Positions 19,716-28,156 of a stretch of 64,000 bases of DNA are shown here, one piece after another. The stretch comes from an uncultured Clostridia bacterium (GTDB lineage: Bacteria; Bacillota; Clostridia; DUPQ01). Below the pieces are notes generated by a model, which saw nothing but the letters and a program-made list of their open reading frames with translations, was not told the DNA's origin and ran no database searches. The stretch is taken from positions 706,254-770,253 of the forward strand of contig CAVXZA010000002.1 in NCBI GenBank assembly GCA_963766335.1, in the 5' to 3' direction. Each line of letters starts with the position of its first letter. The stretch's first letter is position 1. The translations under genes were made by a program, and so were the position numbers.

Positions 19716-20832
19716 GACAAGGGTTGTACAGATCATTACAGATACCAATATCGGAGGAGCGGGTAAGGTGCTTCAGAATTACTTTGCCCACCATGATAAG
19801 CATAAATATGATGTGCTGGCTGTTCTTCCAAAGGAAAGTCCGTTGGGAGATTTCCTGGAAGGGTACGGAGTTTCGTTGATAAGATTTGAAAAACTGAGTG
19901 GTAAATCCATGGATTTTAAAACAATAATTCCTATGCACGGTCTGCTGAAAAGGTTAAAGCCGGATATAGTCCACACTCACGCAAGCTTTTCATCAAGGAT
20001 TGCAGCGAAACTATATGGAAAATGTAAAATCATTTATACCAGGCACTGCGCATATCCGCCGTCAGAATTCACGAAATCCCCTATAGGAAGATTAATAGGG
20101 AGAATAATTGCAAAGTTGTTTGCCGACCGGGTAATTTCAATATCAAAAGCAGTGAAAGAAAACTTAACTGAAACGGGTGTCCCGGAAAAAATGATTTCTG
20201 TGATGATGAATGGTGTTGATCCGCTTAAAGAACTCAATGCGCAAAAAAAAGCATCAGTAAGAGAAAGATACGGGATTTTACAGACTGAAAAAGTTGCAGG
20301 CATGATAGGCAGGCTTGAACCCGTCAAGGGTCATGAATTCTTCATAAGGGCAATCAAAGAATGCAATGATAATGGGTTAAATATTAAGGGCCTGATTGCA
20401 GGTGCCGGGGGGAGTGAAAAGGCCTTAAAGCAACTGGCGGGCGATATTGGAATTTCAGACCGTATTATATTCACTGGTTTTTTAGATGATGTCGCACCGG
20501 TTGTCAATATCCTTGATGTCTTTGTCAATGCTTCATACGGAACAGAGGCCTCCAGCCTTGCCATGCTGGAAGCTATGAGTCTTGGCAAACCTGTGGTCGC
20601 TACGAATTACGGCGGAAATCCATATCAAGTAAAACCCGGCAGAACAGGATTGCTTGTACCTGTAAAGGATGCTGATTATCTTTCGGATGCAATTATACGG
20701 ATTTTAAATGATGATGAAACATATGCAGAATATTCAAAAAACGCAAAAAACGAATATAATGAACACTACACAGCAGAAATCATGGCACGCAACATAGAAA
20801 AAGTATATAAAACCACATTATCCGCCGGATAG
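19708..20832 (+). CDS. Glycosyltransferase family 4
   Basis: Glyco_trans_4 N-domain (ITDTNIGGAGKV) and Glycos_transf_1 C-domain (EASSLAMLEAMSLGKPVVATNYGG). Confidence 0.75.
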   Translation: MIKTRVVQIITDTNIGGAGKVLQNYFAHHDKHKYDVLAVLPKESPLGDFLEGYGVSLIRFEKLSGKSMDFKTIIPMHGLLKRLKPDIVHTHASFSSRIAAKLYGKCKIIYTRHCAYPPSEFTKSPIGRLIGRIIAKLFADRVISISKAVKENLTETGVPEKMISVMMNGVDPLKELNAQKKASVRERYGILQTEKVAGMIGRLEPVKGHEFFIRAIKECNDNGLNIKGLIAGAGGSEKALKQLAGDIGISDRIIFTGFLDDVAPVVNILDVFVNASYGTEASSLAMLEAMSLGKPVVATNYGGNPYQVKPGRTGLLVPVKDADYLSDAIIRILNDDETYAEYSKNAKNEYNEHYTAEIMARNIEKVYKTTLSAG

Positions 20833-20856
20833 CGTGACAAGACATGGAGGGATATC

Positions 20857-22725
20857 ATGTTTGATAGATTTTTAGATGGATATAGGAATCCGGAAAATGA
20901 ATTAGCCAACCTTTTGTATGGCAAGGTCATTGATGGATTGGTCAAAGAAGAGCAAATTAAGAAAGAAATAAAAACCACTGCCGAGTGGGTAGAAAAAGCT
21001 TCTGTAATCCGCAGTAAATTCATTGAGTCAATCGGCGGCCTGGATTTTGATAAATGTAATTTACAGCCGGAATATACGGGTGAAATAGACAGAGGAGCTT
21101 TCATAATAAAAAAAGTGGTATATCAAAGCCTTCCCCGGGTTTATGTAACGGCGAATTTATACATTCCTAAAAATATTGATGGAAAAGTGCCCGGGATATT
21201 GTTTTCATGCGGACACAGTAAACCGGCAAAGGCAGAACCTAAGTATCAGCGCGCGGCAATTGAGCTTGCTCTAAACGGAATGGTAGTTCTGGTTGTTGAT
21301 CCTCCCGGCCAGGGTGAACTAATACAGATGCCTGACCGTGATGATATCGACTGGGGTGTGCATGAACACTCTTACATGGGTCTTGCCTGCAGTCTTGCCG
21401 GAATGAATATAGCGCGTTACTTTATATGGAACCTAATCAGGTCAGTAGATTTTCTGACATCGCTTGAATATGTAGATGCCGAAAAGATCGGTGCGTGCGG
21501 GAACTCCGGCGGCGGAACACAGACATGCTATATATCAATGGTGGACCCGAGAATTAAAGCGGCTGCCCCGGGATGCTATGTCAACGGCAGAAAGGAATAT
21601 GTAACAAAGGGGCATGCTCACGACAGTGAGCAAAATATCTTCAATTGTGCAAATTTCGGGCTTGATTACACTGAGTTCATAAGCTGCTTTGCACCAAAGC
21701 CCTTAAGGCTGCTCAGCCAGCAGTACGATTTTTTCCCTATTGAGGGAGCGCTGAATTCATTAAAACGTGCGAAGAAAATCTACTCGCTTTATGGCAAAGC
21801 AGAAAATGCAGATATTGTTATAGAAAAAAACATGCATGGTCTCCATGATGTGCTCAGACAGGGTCTTGTCGAGTGGTTTATGAAGCATTTCCTTGGCAAA
21901 GAATATAATCCAGGCTATAATCCGTATGAATTTCTATTAACAGAAGAGGAATTGTTATGTACGGATGCGGGAAATGTCATTAAAGAATATGATGACGCTA
22001 TAGCACTTGATGAATTGATTTATAAGGATTATGAAGCAAGAAAAACCCGTAACGGGAATTTAAAAGAGCGTATTAGGGAAGTTCTCAAAATTGATAAGCA
22101 TGGACGCCGCCCGATGGAGAAACGAATTAATCCGTTTGATTACCATGGACATGTAGCTGAGAAAGTATTCTGGATAACTGAAGATGGACTTGCAAATGCG
22201 GGAATTTATATTGACGGCGATACCGGGGGCAGAGTTGCTTACATGTTTTTTGAGAATGGGACGCTGGACATTGGAAAACAGGAAAAAGAAATAAGTGCAT
22301 ACCTTAAGAACGGTGATGTGTTCATAGTTGATGTGCGCGGAACCGGTGCTGTTAAGGCATCCGAAATAAATAGCGCCAATTACTATGAAAGATACGGGAC
22401 AATGCATAAGCTTTGCAATGATGCTATGATGGCGGGAACATCCATGATGGAAATGCAGGTAAATGACATTCTTCTTAGCTTAACACTTTCAGAAAAAGAT
22501 ACAGTTTTTGCAGCATATGGCAAAGCATGTCCGGCGGTATTAGTTGCGGCGCTCTTTAGTAAAGAAGTAAAAAGCCTCAGAGCGTTGGATTGTATTGATT
22601 CCTTTGAAGAAATAATGAAGTGCCAGGCTCCGTTTGTCGCAGAATATGAAGCGTTCGGCATGGCTTTGAATTTTGAACTTGCAGAAGTAATTGCCGAATT
22701 AAGAAAAGAAGGCAAATTGAAATAG
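20857..22725 (+). CDS. Alpha/beta-hydrolase of acetyl-xylan-esterase (AXE1/CE7)-like type with ~250-aa C-terminal extension
   Basis: LVVDPPGQGE block and nucleophile elbow GNSGGG resemble AXE1 family; 622 aa. Confidence 0.45.
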   Translation: MFDRFLDGYRNPENELANLLYGKVIDGLVKEEQIKKEIKTTAEWVEKASVIRSKFIESIGGLDFDKCNLQPEYTGEIDRGAFIIKKVVYQSLPRVYVTANLYIPKNIDGKVPGILFSCGHSKPAKAEPKYQRAAIELALNGMVVLVVDPPGQGELIQMPDRDDIDWGVHEHSYMGLACSLAGMNIARYFIWNLIRSVDFLTSLEYVDAEKIGACGNSGGGTQTCYISMVDPRIKAAAPGCYVNGRKEYVTKGHAHDSEQNIFNCANFGLDYTEFISCFAPKPLRLLSQQYDFFPIEGALNSLKRAKKIYSLYGKAENADIVIEKNMHGLHDVLRQGLVEWFMKHFLGKEYNPGYNPYEFLLTEEELLCTDAGNVIKEYDDAIALDELIYKDYEARKTRNGNLKERIREVLKIDKHGRRPMEKRINPFDYHGHVAEKVFWITEDGLANAGIYIDGDTGGRVAYMFFENGTLDIGKQEKEISAYLKNGDVFIVDVRGTGAVKASEINSANYYERYGTMHKLCNDAMMAGTSMMEMQVNDILLSLTLSEKDTVFAAYGKACPAVLVAALFSKEVKSLRALDCIDSFEEIMKCQAPFVAEYEAFGMALNFELAEVIAELRKEGKLK

Positions 22726-22782
22726 AAAAACCTATATTGTATTGATATAATAATATTTGAAAAATACGTTCCGGGGGGAAAC

Positions 22783-23412
22783 ATGGCAAAACTATATTAC
22801 AGATACGCGGTAATGAATGCGGGTAAATCTACCCAGTTGCTGCAAATAGCACATGACTATGAACGGAATAACGGCGAGAAAATTCTAGCCCTGAAACCTG
22901 AAAATGATACAAAAGCTGATAACTGCATAATTGCCAGGATTGGCAAAGATATGCTTAAACGCAAATGCGATTTTCTAATCAGACATGATGCAAACTGGTT
23001 GTTTGATGAAGTGCGCAAGCATCCCGACACAAGAGTCGTGCTTATTGACGAAGCCCAGTTCCTAAGTAAAGAGAATGTATTCGATTGTGCAAGGATTGTG
23101 ACGCAGCTTAACATACCGGTTATTTGTTTCGGGTTGAAATGCGATTTCCGGGGGGAGCCATTTGAGGGCAGCACATACCTTTTTGCACTTGCGCAGGATA
23201 TTGAGGAAGTCACAACCCGTGCGATATGCCGCAGGAGCAATAAGCCTGTGAAGGCAACGGTTAACATGCGCTTGGTGAATGGAGTGCCGGTTTTTAGGGG
23301 CGGCCAGCTGAGCATCGAGGGTGAGAATAATGTTATTTATGAGCCGGTCAGTCTGAAAGTATTCATGGATATGTTTATAGCTGACGGTAATAAATACGGA
23401 AGCAACGAATAA
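22783..23412 (+). CDS. tdk: Thymidine kinase
   Basis: MAKLYYRYAVMNAGKST P-loop N-terminus and zinc-ribbon Cys pairs; length 209 aa. Confidence 0.9.
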   Translation: MAKLYYRYAVMNAGKSTQLLQIAHDYERNNGEKILALKPENDTKADNCIIARIGKDMLKRKCDFLIRHDANWLFDEVRKHPDTRVVLIDEAQFLSKENVFDCARIVTQLNIPVICFGLKCDFRGEPFEGSTYLFALAQDIEEVTTRAICRRSNKPVKATVNMRLVNGVPVFRGGQLSIEGENNVIYEPVSLKVFMDMFIADGNKYGSNE

Positions 23413-23425
23413 CTCAAATGAATCC

Positions 23426-23449
23426 ATTCCCGGGTGCAAATCCGGGAAT
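23426..23449 (+). terminator. Possible terminator hairpin (ATTCCCGG-gtgcaaat-CCGGGAAT) after tdk; the T-tract is weak
   Basis: 8-bp GC-rich stem directly after stop. Confidence 0.35.
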
Positions 23450-23472
23450 ATTCTTTATATGCAGGTATATTG

Positions 23473-24900
23473 ATGAAATTTAAATTCGAAAAAATACTTG
23501 AGACAAAAAAAGAATATGATGTGATTGTAATAGGCGGCGGGACTGCAGGGGTTACGGCTGCCCTGGCATCTGCCCGGACCGGCGCAAAAACACTGCTTGT
23601 GGAGCGGACAGGAAGCCTTGGGGGCATGATGACCATCGGAAACTGCGGGCTGACCTGTTACATTCTGCATGCGAGTAATGTTGAAGATCAATATATGGTT
23701 GAAGAAATGTTGTTGAAAGAGCCTAAAAGCGCCCAGGTTATCGGCGGCATCCCCCTTGAAATCACAAACGAATTAATAAAAAGAGGAGCAGCTGTTGCCA
23801 CAGAAGGAAATGCAGGCAGCTATGTTTTCACTGATCAGGTTGAATTTAAAACACTTCTCAATGAAATGATGGTATCTGCTGGCGTTGAAGTGCTTTTTCA
23901 CACAGTATTTGTTGAAACTGTTATGAACGTCACCACAGTAAAAGGAGTTGTTCTTCATAATAAAGAAGGGTTGGTTTTATATGAGGCTAAAACATTTATA
24001 GATGCCTCGGGCGATGGTGATGCGGCGGCCTCGGCAGGAGCGGAATATTTTACCGGAATAGGAAAGTATGATTTGGTTTATAAAGAAGACCCGTCTGTAC
24101 TTGGCAGAATTGCAGCCATGGGAACAATGTTTAGAATCGGCAGCACCGATATTCTAAAGGCTTTGAGTTACTTAAAGGATCGTACAGAAGCGCCGTGTTT
24201 TGAAGTTCAGATTATGTCCCTTCAGGATTATGATACAGTTGTTGATTGTATAAATAGACAGCAGATGACCACTTTTGTTATCAATGGATTTTCATTCGGA
24301 GGTCTGCAGATTTATAACACGCCGGACCCGGATATTTTTGTGCTCGGATGTCCCTGCATTAAAGGAAACGGGCTTAAGCCAGAAGATAAATCCAGGGCAG
24401 AGTTGGAAATGTCTGCAATGATAAACGCATACATGAAAGAAATCCGAAATATCCCGGGCTTTGAAAAGGCGGTAGTCCTGGATATACCGGAAATAGGAAT
24501 AAGGGAGACCAGGCATATAATCGGTGATTATATCCTGGGACTTAAGGAAATCCTCCGGATGAATGTGTTTGAGGACTCCATTGGCAAAGGCTCTCATCTT
24601 ATTGATATATCGCCGGTTCCGTCATGGCTTAAGAAAGACGAATTGCCGGAAATGTTTGAATTCACTATTCCGTATAGAAGCCTTATTGTAAAAGGAATCG
24701 ATAACATGTTTGTCGCGGGGAGGTGTATGTCCGCTACCCATGAAGCAAGTGGTACAATAAGGGTAACAGCACAGTGCATGGTCTCCGGGGAAGCTGCCGG
24801 AACGGCGGCGGCCATGTGTTCTAAAAAAGACGGCGCTTCAAGAAGCGTTGCATATAAAGAAGTGAGGGAAATTCTACTGAAAAACGGTGTTATTTTATAA
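23473..24900 (+). CDS. FAD-dependent oxidoreductase (FAD_oxidored/PF12831-like)
   Basis: YDVIVIGGGTAGVTAALASARTGAKTLLVER dinucleotide-binding motif at N-terminus; start set at internal ATG (ORF extends to 23434). Confidence 0.7.
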   Translation: MKFKFEKILETKKEYDVIVIGGGTAGVTAALASARTGAKTLLVERTGSLGGMMTIGNCGLTCYILHASNVEDQYMVEEMLLKEPKSAQVIGGIPLEITNELIKRGAAVATEGNAGSYVFTDQVEFKTLLNEMMVSAGVEVLFHTVFVETVMNVTTVKGVVLHNKEGLVLYEAKTFIDASGDGDAAASAGAEYFTGIGKYDLVYKEDPSVLGRIAAMGTMFRIGSTDILKALSYLKDRTEAPCFEVQIMSLQDYDTVVDCINRQQMTTFVINGFSFGGLQIYNTPDPDIFVLGCPCIKGNGLKPEDKSRAELEMSAMINAYMKEIRNIPGFEKAVVLDIPEIGIRETRHIIGDYILGLKEILRMNVFEDSIGKGSHLIDISPVPSWLKKDELPEMFEFTIPYRSLIVKGIDNMFVAGRCMSATHEASGTIRVTAQCMVSGEAAGTAAAMCSKKDGASRSVAYKEVREILLKNGVIL

Positions 24901-24912
24901 GGGGGGAATATC

Positions 24913-25977
24913 ATGTTCGATAATGCTTTGGGGTCTCTTTACAGAATGTCTGATGCAAAAACAAGGTCTATATGCGCTGAAAACCCAACCGGCGAACCCG
25001 GCAAGGGGGCAATGGCAGAACCTAATGGGGAAGGTGCAGGCGCAAAACTCGGTAAAGGGTGGAAAATCAGACCATGCATACAGGTTAAACCCGGTGAGAC
25101 TGCAGTGCTTGCCGATTATACCGGGACCGGCATAATAAGGCATATCTGGATGACAGCTGACAGCAGGATGTCGCGTGCCGGGGTGCTGCGCTTTTACTGG
25201 GATGGTGAAACAGAACCATCTGTTGAGGTTCCGTTTGCCGATTTCTATGCCATGGGGCATGGAAAGCGCTACGATGTAAATTCACTTCCGGTTGTGGTTA
25301 ATCCCAACGGAGGAATGAACTGCTACTGGCCTATGCCTTTTAGGAAAGGTTTTAAAATAACATTTACAAATGATTATTTTGAAGAAGTGAGGGGATTTTT
25401 CTTCCAGATTACCTTTGACGAAACCGAAGTCGCTGATGATGCTGCATATTTCCATGCCCAGTGGAGGTGTTCGATGACTACCCGGGAGTATCCGGAGCAT
25501 GTAATTGTTGATAACATAAAAGGCAAGGGCCAGTATGTTGGGACATATATGGCATGGATGCAGTACTCTGACTGCTGGTGGGGCGAAGGTGAAGTTAAGT
25601 TCTATATGGACGGCGACGGGGAATATCCAACTATATGCGGAACAGGAACCGAAGATTACTTCGGCGGCGCATGGAACTTCGGCGGTGATTATAAGAACAC
25701 ATTCGGAAGGAATTACTCAACACCGTTCCTTGGATTTCCTTATACTGAGGCAATAGAGGGAAAAGTGCCTAAACACAGCCTGTACAGATGGCATGTCATG
25801 GACCCTATCCGTTTTGATAAAGACTTGAAGGTGACAATGCAGGCACTGGGTTGGTGGCCTAATGGAAAATATCAACCGTTGACCGAAGACATTGCGTCGA
25901 TTGCATACTGGTACCAGACAGAACCGCATGTGAAATTCCCGGCGTTCCCCGAATTAGACGACCGCTGGCCGAGATAG
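24913..25977 (+). CDS. DUF2961 domain protein (glycoside hydrolase family GH172-like)
   Basis: 354 aa, conserved blocks through the DUF2961 fold (e.g. WRCSMTTREYPEH, CGTGTEDYFGGAW). Confidence 0.65.
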   Translation: MFDNALGSLYRMSDAKTRSICAENPTGEPGKGAMAEPNGEGAGAKLGKGWKIRPCIQVKPGETAVLADYTGTGIIRHIWMTADSRMSRAGVLRFYWDGETEPSVEVPFADFYAMGHGKRYDVNSLPVVVNPNGGMNCYWPMPFRKGFKITFTNDYFEEVRGFFFQITFDETEVADDAAYFHAQWRCSMTTREYPEHVIVDNIKGKGQYVGTYMAWMQYSDCWWGEGEVKFYMDGDGEYPTICGTGTEDYFGGAWNFGGDYKNTFGRNYSTPFLGFPYTEAIEGKVPKHSLYRWHVMDPIRFDKDLKVTMQALGWWPNGKYQPLTEDIASIAYWYQTEPHVKFPAFPELDDRWPR

Positions 25978-25985
25978 GAGATAAA

Positions 25986-27128
25986 ATGTTACAAATTTTA
26001 CAGGCAATCATTATTTTTGCAGTACCGATGCTCATACTCTGGGCTAAAAAAAGGTACAAAATTGTAAAAACCTTAAGCCCGATTTTACTGGCGTATGCCA
26101 TTGGAATAATATGGGGAAATATACCGGGAATACCTCTCGACAGGGGACTTTCGGATATTTTAACACAGGTAAGCGTACCAATAGCAATTCCGTTGATTCT
26201 TTTTTCTGCCGACTTTATTAAATGGCTGAAATCGGCTAAGAAAACAGTTATATCCTTCGTTTTAATGATTGTTTCAGCATTTCTTGCAGCGCTTCTTGCG
26301 GCATGGATTTTTAGGGAAACAATAGATGAGTTTGCAAAAATCTCGGGCATGATGATAGGAGTTTATACCGGTGGAACACCAAATATGATGGCAGTCGGTA
26401 TGATGCTGGAGACAAATAAAGACACGATGGTTTTAGTCAGTACAGTTGATAGTATACTGGGCGGAGGCTATTTCTTATTACTTATATCCATTATTAAACC
26501 ATTGTTGTCAAAAATATTAAGACCGTATAAAAGCACAGACAATTCTGAAATAATTGAAGAAGAAGTACCGGAATTCACATCCCTTAATAAAAAAGAAAAA
26601 GTTAAAGCAGTAAAAGGTGTTTCGCTTGCCGTTTTAATTTGTATAGCAGGACTTGGAATCAGTGCTGGAATAGCATTGCTGGCAACAGGTAATCTGGATG
26701 TTGCAATAGTAATGCTTGGAGTTACCACTGTTGGGGTAGGAATGTCATTTGTTAAAAAAATCAAAAACCTACGATATACTTTTAATGCCGGACAATATTT
26801 AATACTGGTATTTTCAATAGCGCTTGGAACAATGGTAAATATTAAGGAAATGCTGAACTCATCACCTGCCGTGCTTGGGTTTGTAGCTGTAGCAATGTTC
26901 GGAGCAATAATAATCCATCTCATTTTCGCTATAATATTTAAAATTGATGTCGATACAGCCATAATAACCTCAACCGCCGGAGTATATGGCCCCGCATTTA
27001 TTGTGCCTGTTGCTGATGCAATAAAAAACAAGGAAGTAATTGTGGCAGGCCTAACAGCAGGCTTAGTAGGCTACGCTGTAGGCAATTACCTCGGCCTACT
27101 CGTCTACACCATCGCCAAACTCTTTTAA
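25986..27128 (+). CDS. DUF819 family polytopic membrane protein (putative transporter)
   Basis: 380 aa, ~10 TM segments, two-lobed organisation typical of DUF819. Confidence 0.55.
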   Translation: MLQILQAIIIFAVPMLILWAKKRYKIVKTLSPILLAYAIGIIWGNIPGIPLDRGLSDILTQVSVPIAIPLILFSADFIKWLKSAKKTVISFVLMIVSAFLAALLAAWIFRETIDEFAKISGMMIGVYTGGTPNMMAVGMMLETNKDTMVLVSTVDSILGGGYFLLLISIIKPLLSKILRPYKSTDNSEIIEEEVPEFTSLNKKEKVKAVKGVSLAVLICIAGLGISAGIALLATGNLDVAIVMLGVTTVGVGMSFVKKIKNLRYTFNAGQYLILVFSIALGTMVNIKEMLNSSPAVLGFVAVAMFGAIIIHLIFAIIFKIDVDTAIITSTAGVYGPAFIVPVADAIKNKEVIVAGLTAGLVGYAVGNYLGLLVYTIAKLF

Positions 27129-27193
27129 AATTGTCCCTAGGGTAAAAAGTACTTTTTTGACACATTTGTCCCCAGGGACAAATGTGTTTTTTT
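27127..27193. repeat. REP-like repeats, doublet C. This is the left flank of the RAYT gene: a truncated copy TTGTCCCTAGGG plus a full palindrome CACATTTGTCCCCAGGGACAAATGTG.
   Basis: read directly; 47 nt (27131-27177) are the exact inverted complement of 28054-28100. Confidence 0.85.
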
Positions 27194-28100
27194 AACCTGA
27201 CAGGTTAAATTTCGACTAAATTTATATTAGTAGTATATTCACAAAAATTACCATTTAAGCTAAATTATTTGCATGACAACTTTAACACGCAACTTAAGAG
27301 AAAACGGAATATACCACGTATACAACAGAGGTATTGACCAGATGGATATTTTTCTTGAACCTGAAGATTTCCGTTTTTATCTGAAAAGGCTTCGTGTCTG
27401 TAAGGAAGAATATGGTTTTGAACTATATGCGGTATGCCTTATGACAAACCACTATCATCTAATTATTAGGGATGTCGGATTGAACCTTCCCATGATAATG
27501 GATTCAGTAAATAGTGTATATGTAAGATATTTTAATGATAAATATAATCGTAAAGGGCCGCTTTTTGGAGAGCCCTTTAAACATGGAATTATCTCTTCTG
27601 ACTATGACTTGGCTAAGCGGATCAGGTATGTGAATAGAAATCCTGTAGCAGCCGGTATGTCCAGGAGTATCTATGATTATTCATGGGTTTTGATAATCAC
27701 GGAGAAAGATTACCTTCATTTAATAAATTTTGACTATATTGATGAAGTCTTTCTCAAAGTATGTAAAACATCATACGAAGAGTATCTTAAATCTGATGAG
27801 GATGACCTATGGGTTGATGAAATAGAAATTTGTAGAATGTATGATTCTGAGGCAAATAAAATCTTTGAGTTGATTTTAACGAAAATTACAAACAGTGAAA
27901 ACTTTAACAAGAAAGAATTAACCAAAACCGAGATTGATAAAGTCATTAAAACCACATTTTCCAGAGGAATAACAATCAGGCAGATTTCAAAGCTCACTGA
28001 TTTGTCCATTTCTACTATCAGAAAGTTTCTGTATAATTAAAAAACATGTTAACCCCTGGGGACAAATGTGTCAAAAAAGTACTTTTTACCCTAGGGACAA
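27131..28100. mobile_element. REPIN-RAYT unit. An IS200/IS605-family (Y1 HUH) REP-associated tyrosine transposase gene is bounded by 47-bp perfect terminal inverted repeats made of REP palindromes.
   Basis: 27131-27177 TTGTCCCTAGGGTAAAAAGTACTTTTTTGACACATTTGTCCCCAGGG is the reverse complement of 28054-28100; encloses RAYT ORF. Confidence 0.7.
27273..28040 (+). CDS. REP-associated tyrosine transposase (RAYT; IS200-like Y1 transposase, COG1943) with C-terminal HTH extension
   Basis: N-terminus YHVYNRGIDQMDIF, HUH motif NHYHLII, C-terminal RYVNRNPVAAGMSRSIYDYSWV block typical of TnpA(IS200)/RayT; extra C-terminal domain ending GITIRQISKLTDLSISTIRKFL (HTH-like). Confidence 0.75.
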   Translation: MTTLTRNLRENGIYHVYNRGIDQMDIFLEPEDFRFYLKRLRVCKEEYGFELYAVCLMTNHYHLIIRDVGLNLPMIMDSVNSVYVRYFNDKYNRKGPLFGEPFKHGIISSDYDLAKRIRYVNRNPVAAGMSRSIYDYSWVLIITEKDYLHLINFDYIDEVFLKVCKTSYEEYLKSDEDDLWVDEIEICRMYDSEANKIFELILTKITNSENFNKKELTKTEIDKVIKTTFSRGITIRQISKLTDLSISTIRKFLYN

Positions 28101-28113
28101 ATGTGCAAAAAAA
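28045..28113. repeat. REP-like repeats, doublet D. This is the right flank of the RAYT gene, in inverted orientation relative to doublet C.
   Basis: AACCCCTGGGGACAAATGTGTC ... CCCTAGGGACAAATGTGC. Confidence 0.85.
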
Positions 28114-28138
28114 GAGCCGCTGTTAAGCGACTCTTTTT
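28107..28138 (-). terminator. Rho-independent terminator of PFOR gene (hairpin AGAGTCGC-ttaaca-GCGGCTCT followed by U7 on minus strand)
   Basis: hairpin with one mismatch plus A7 on plus strand = U7 on minus. Confidence 0.7.
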
Positions 28139-28156
28139 GGTTTAAGTTAATGAATG

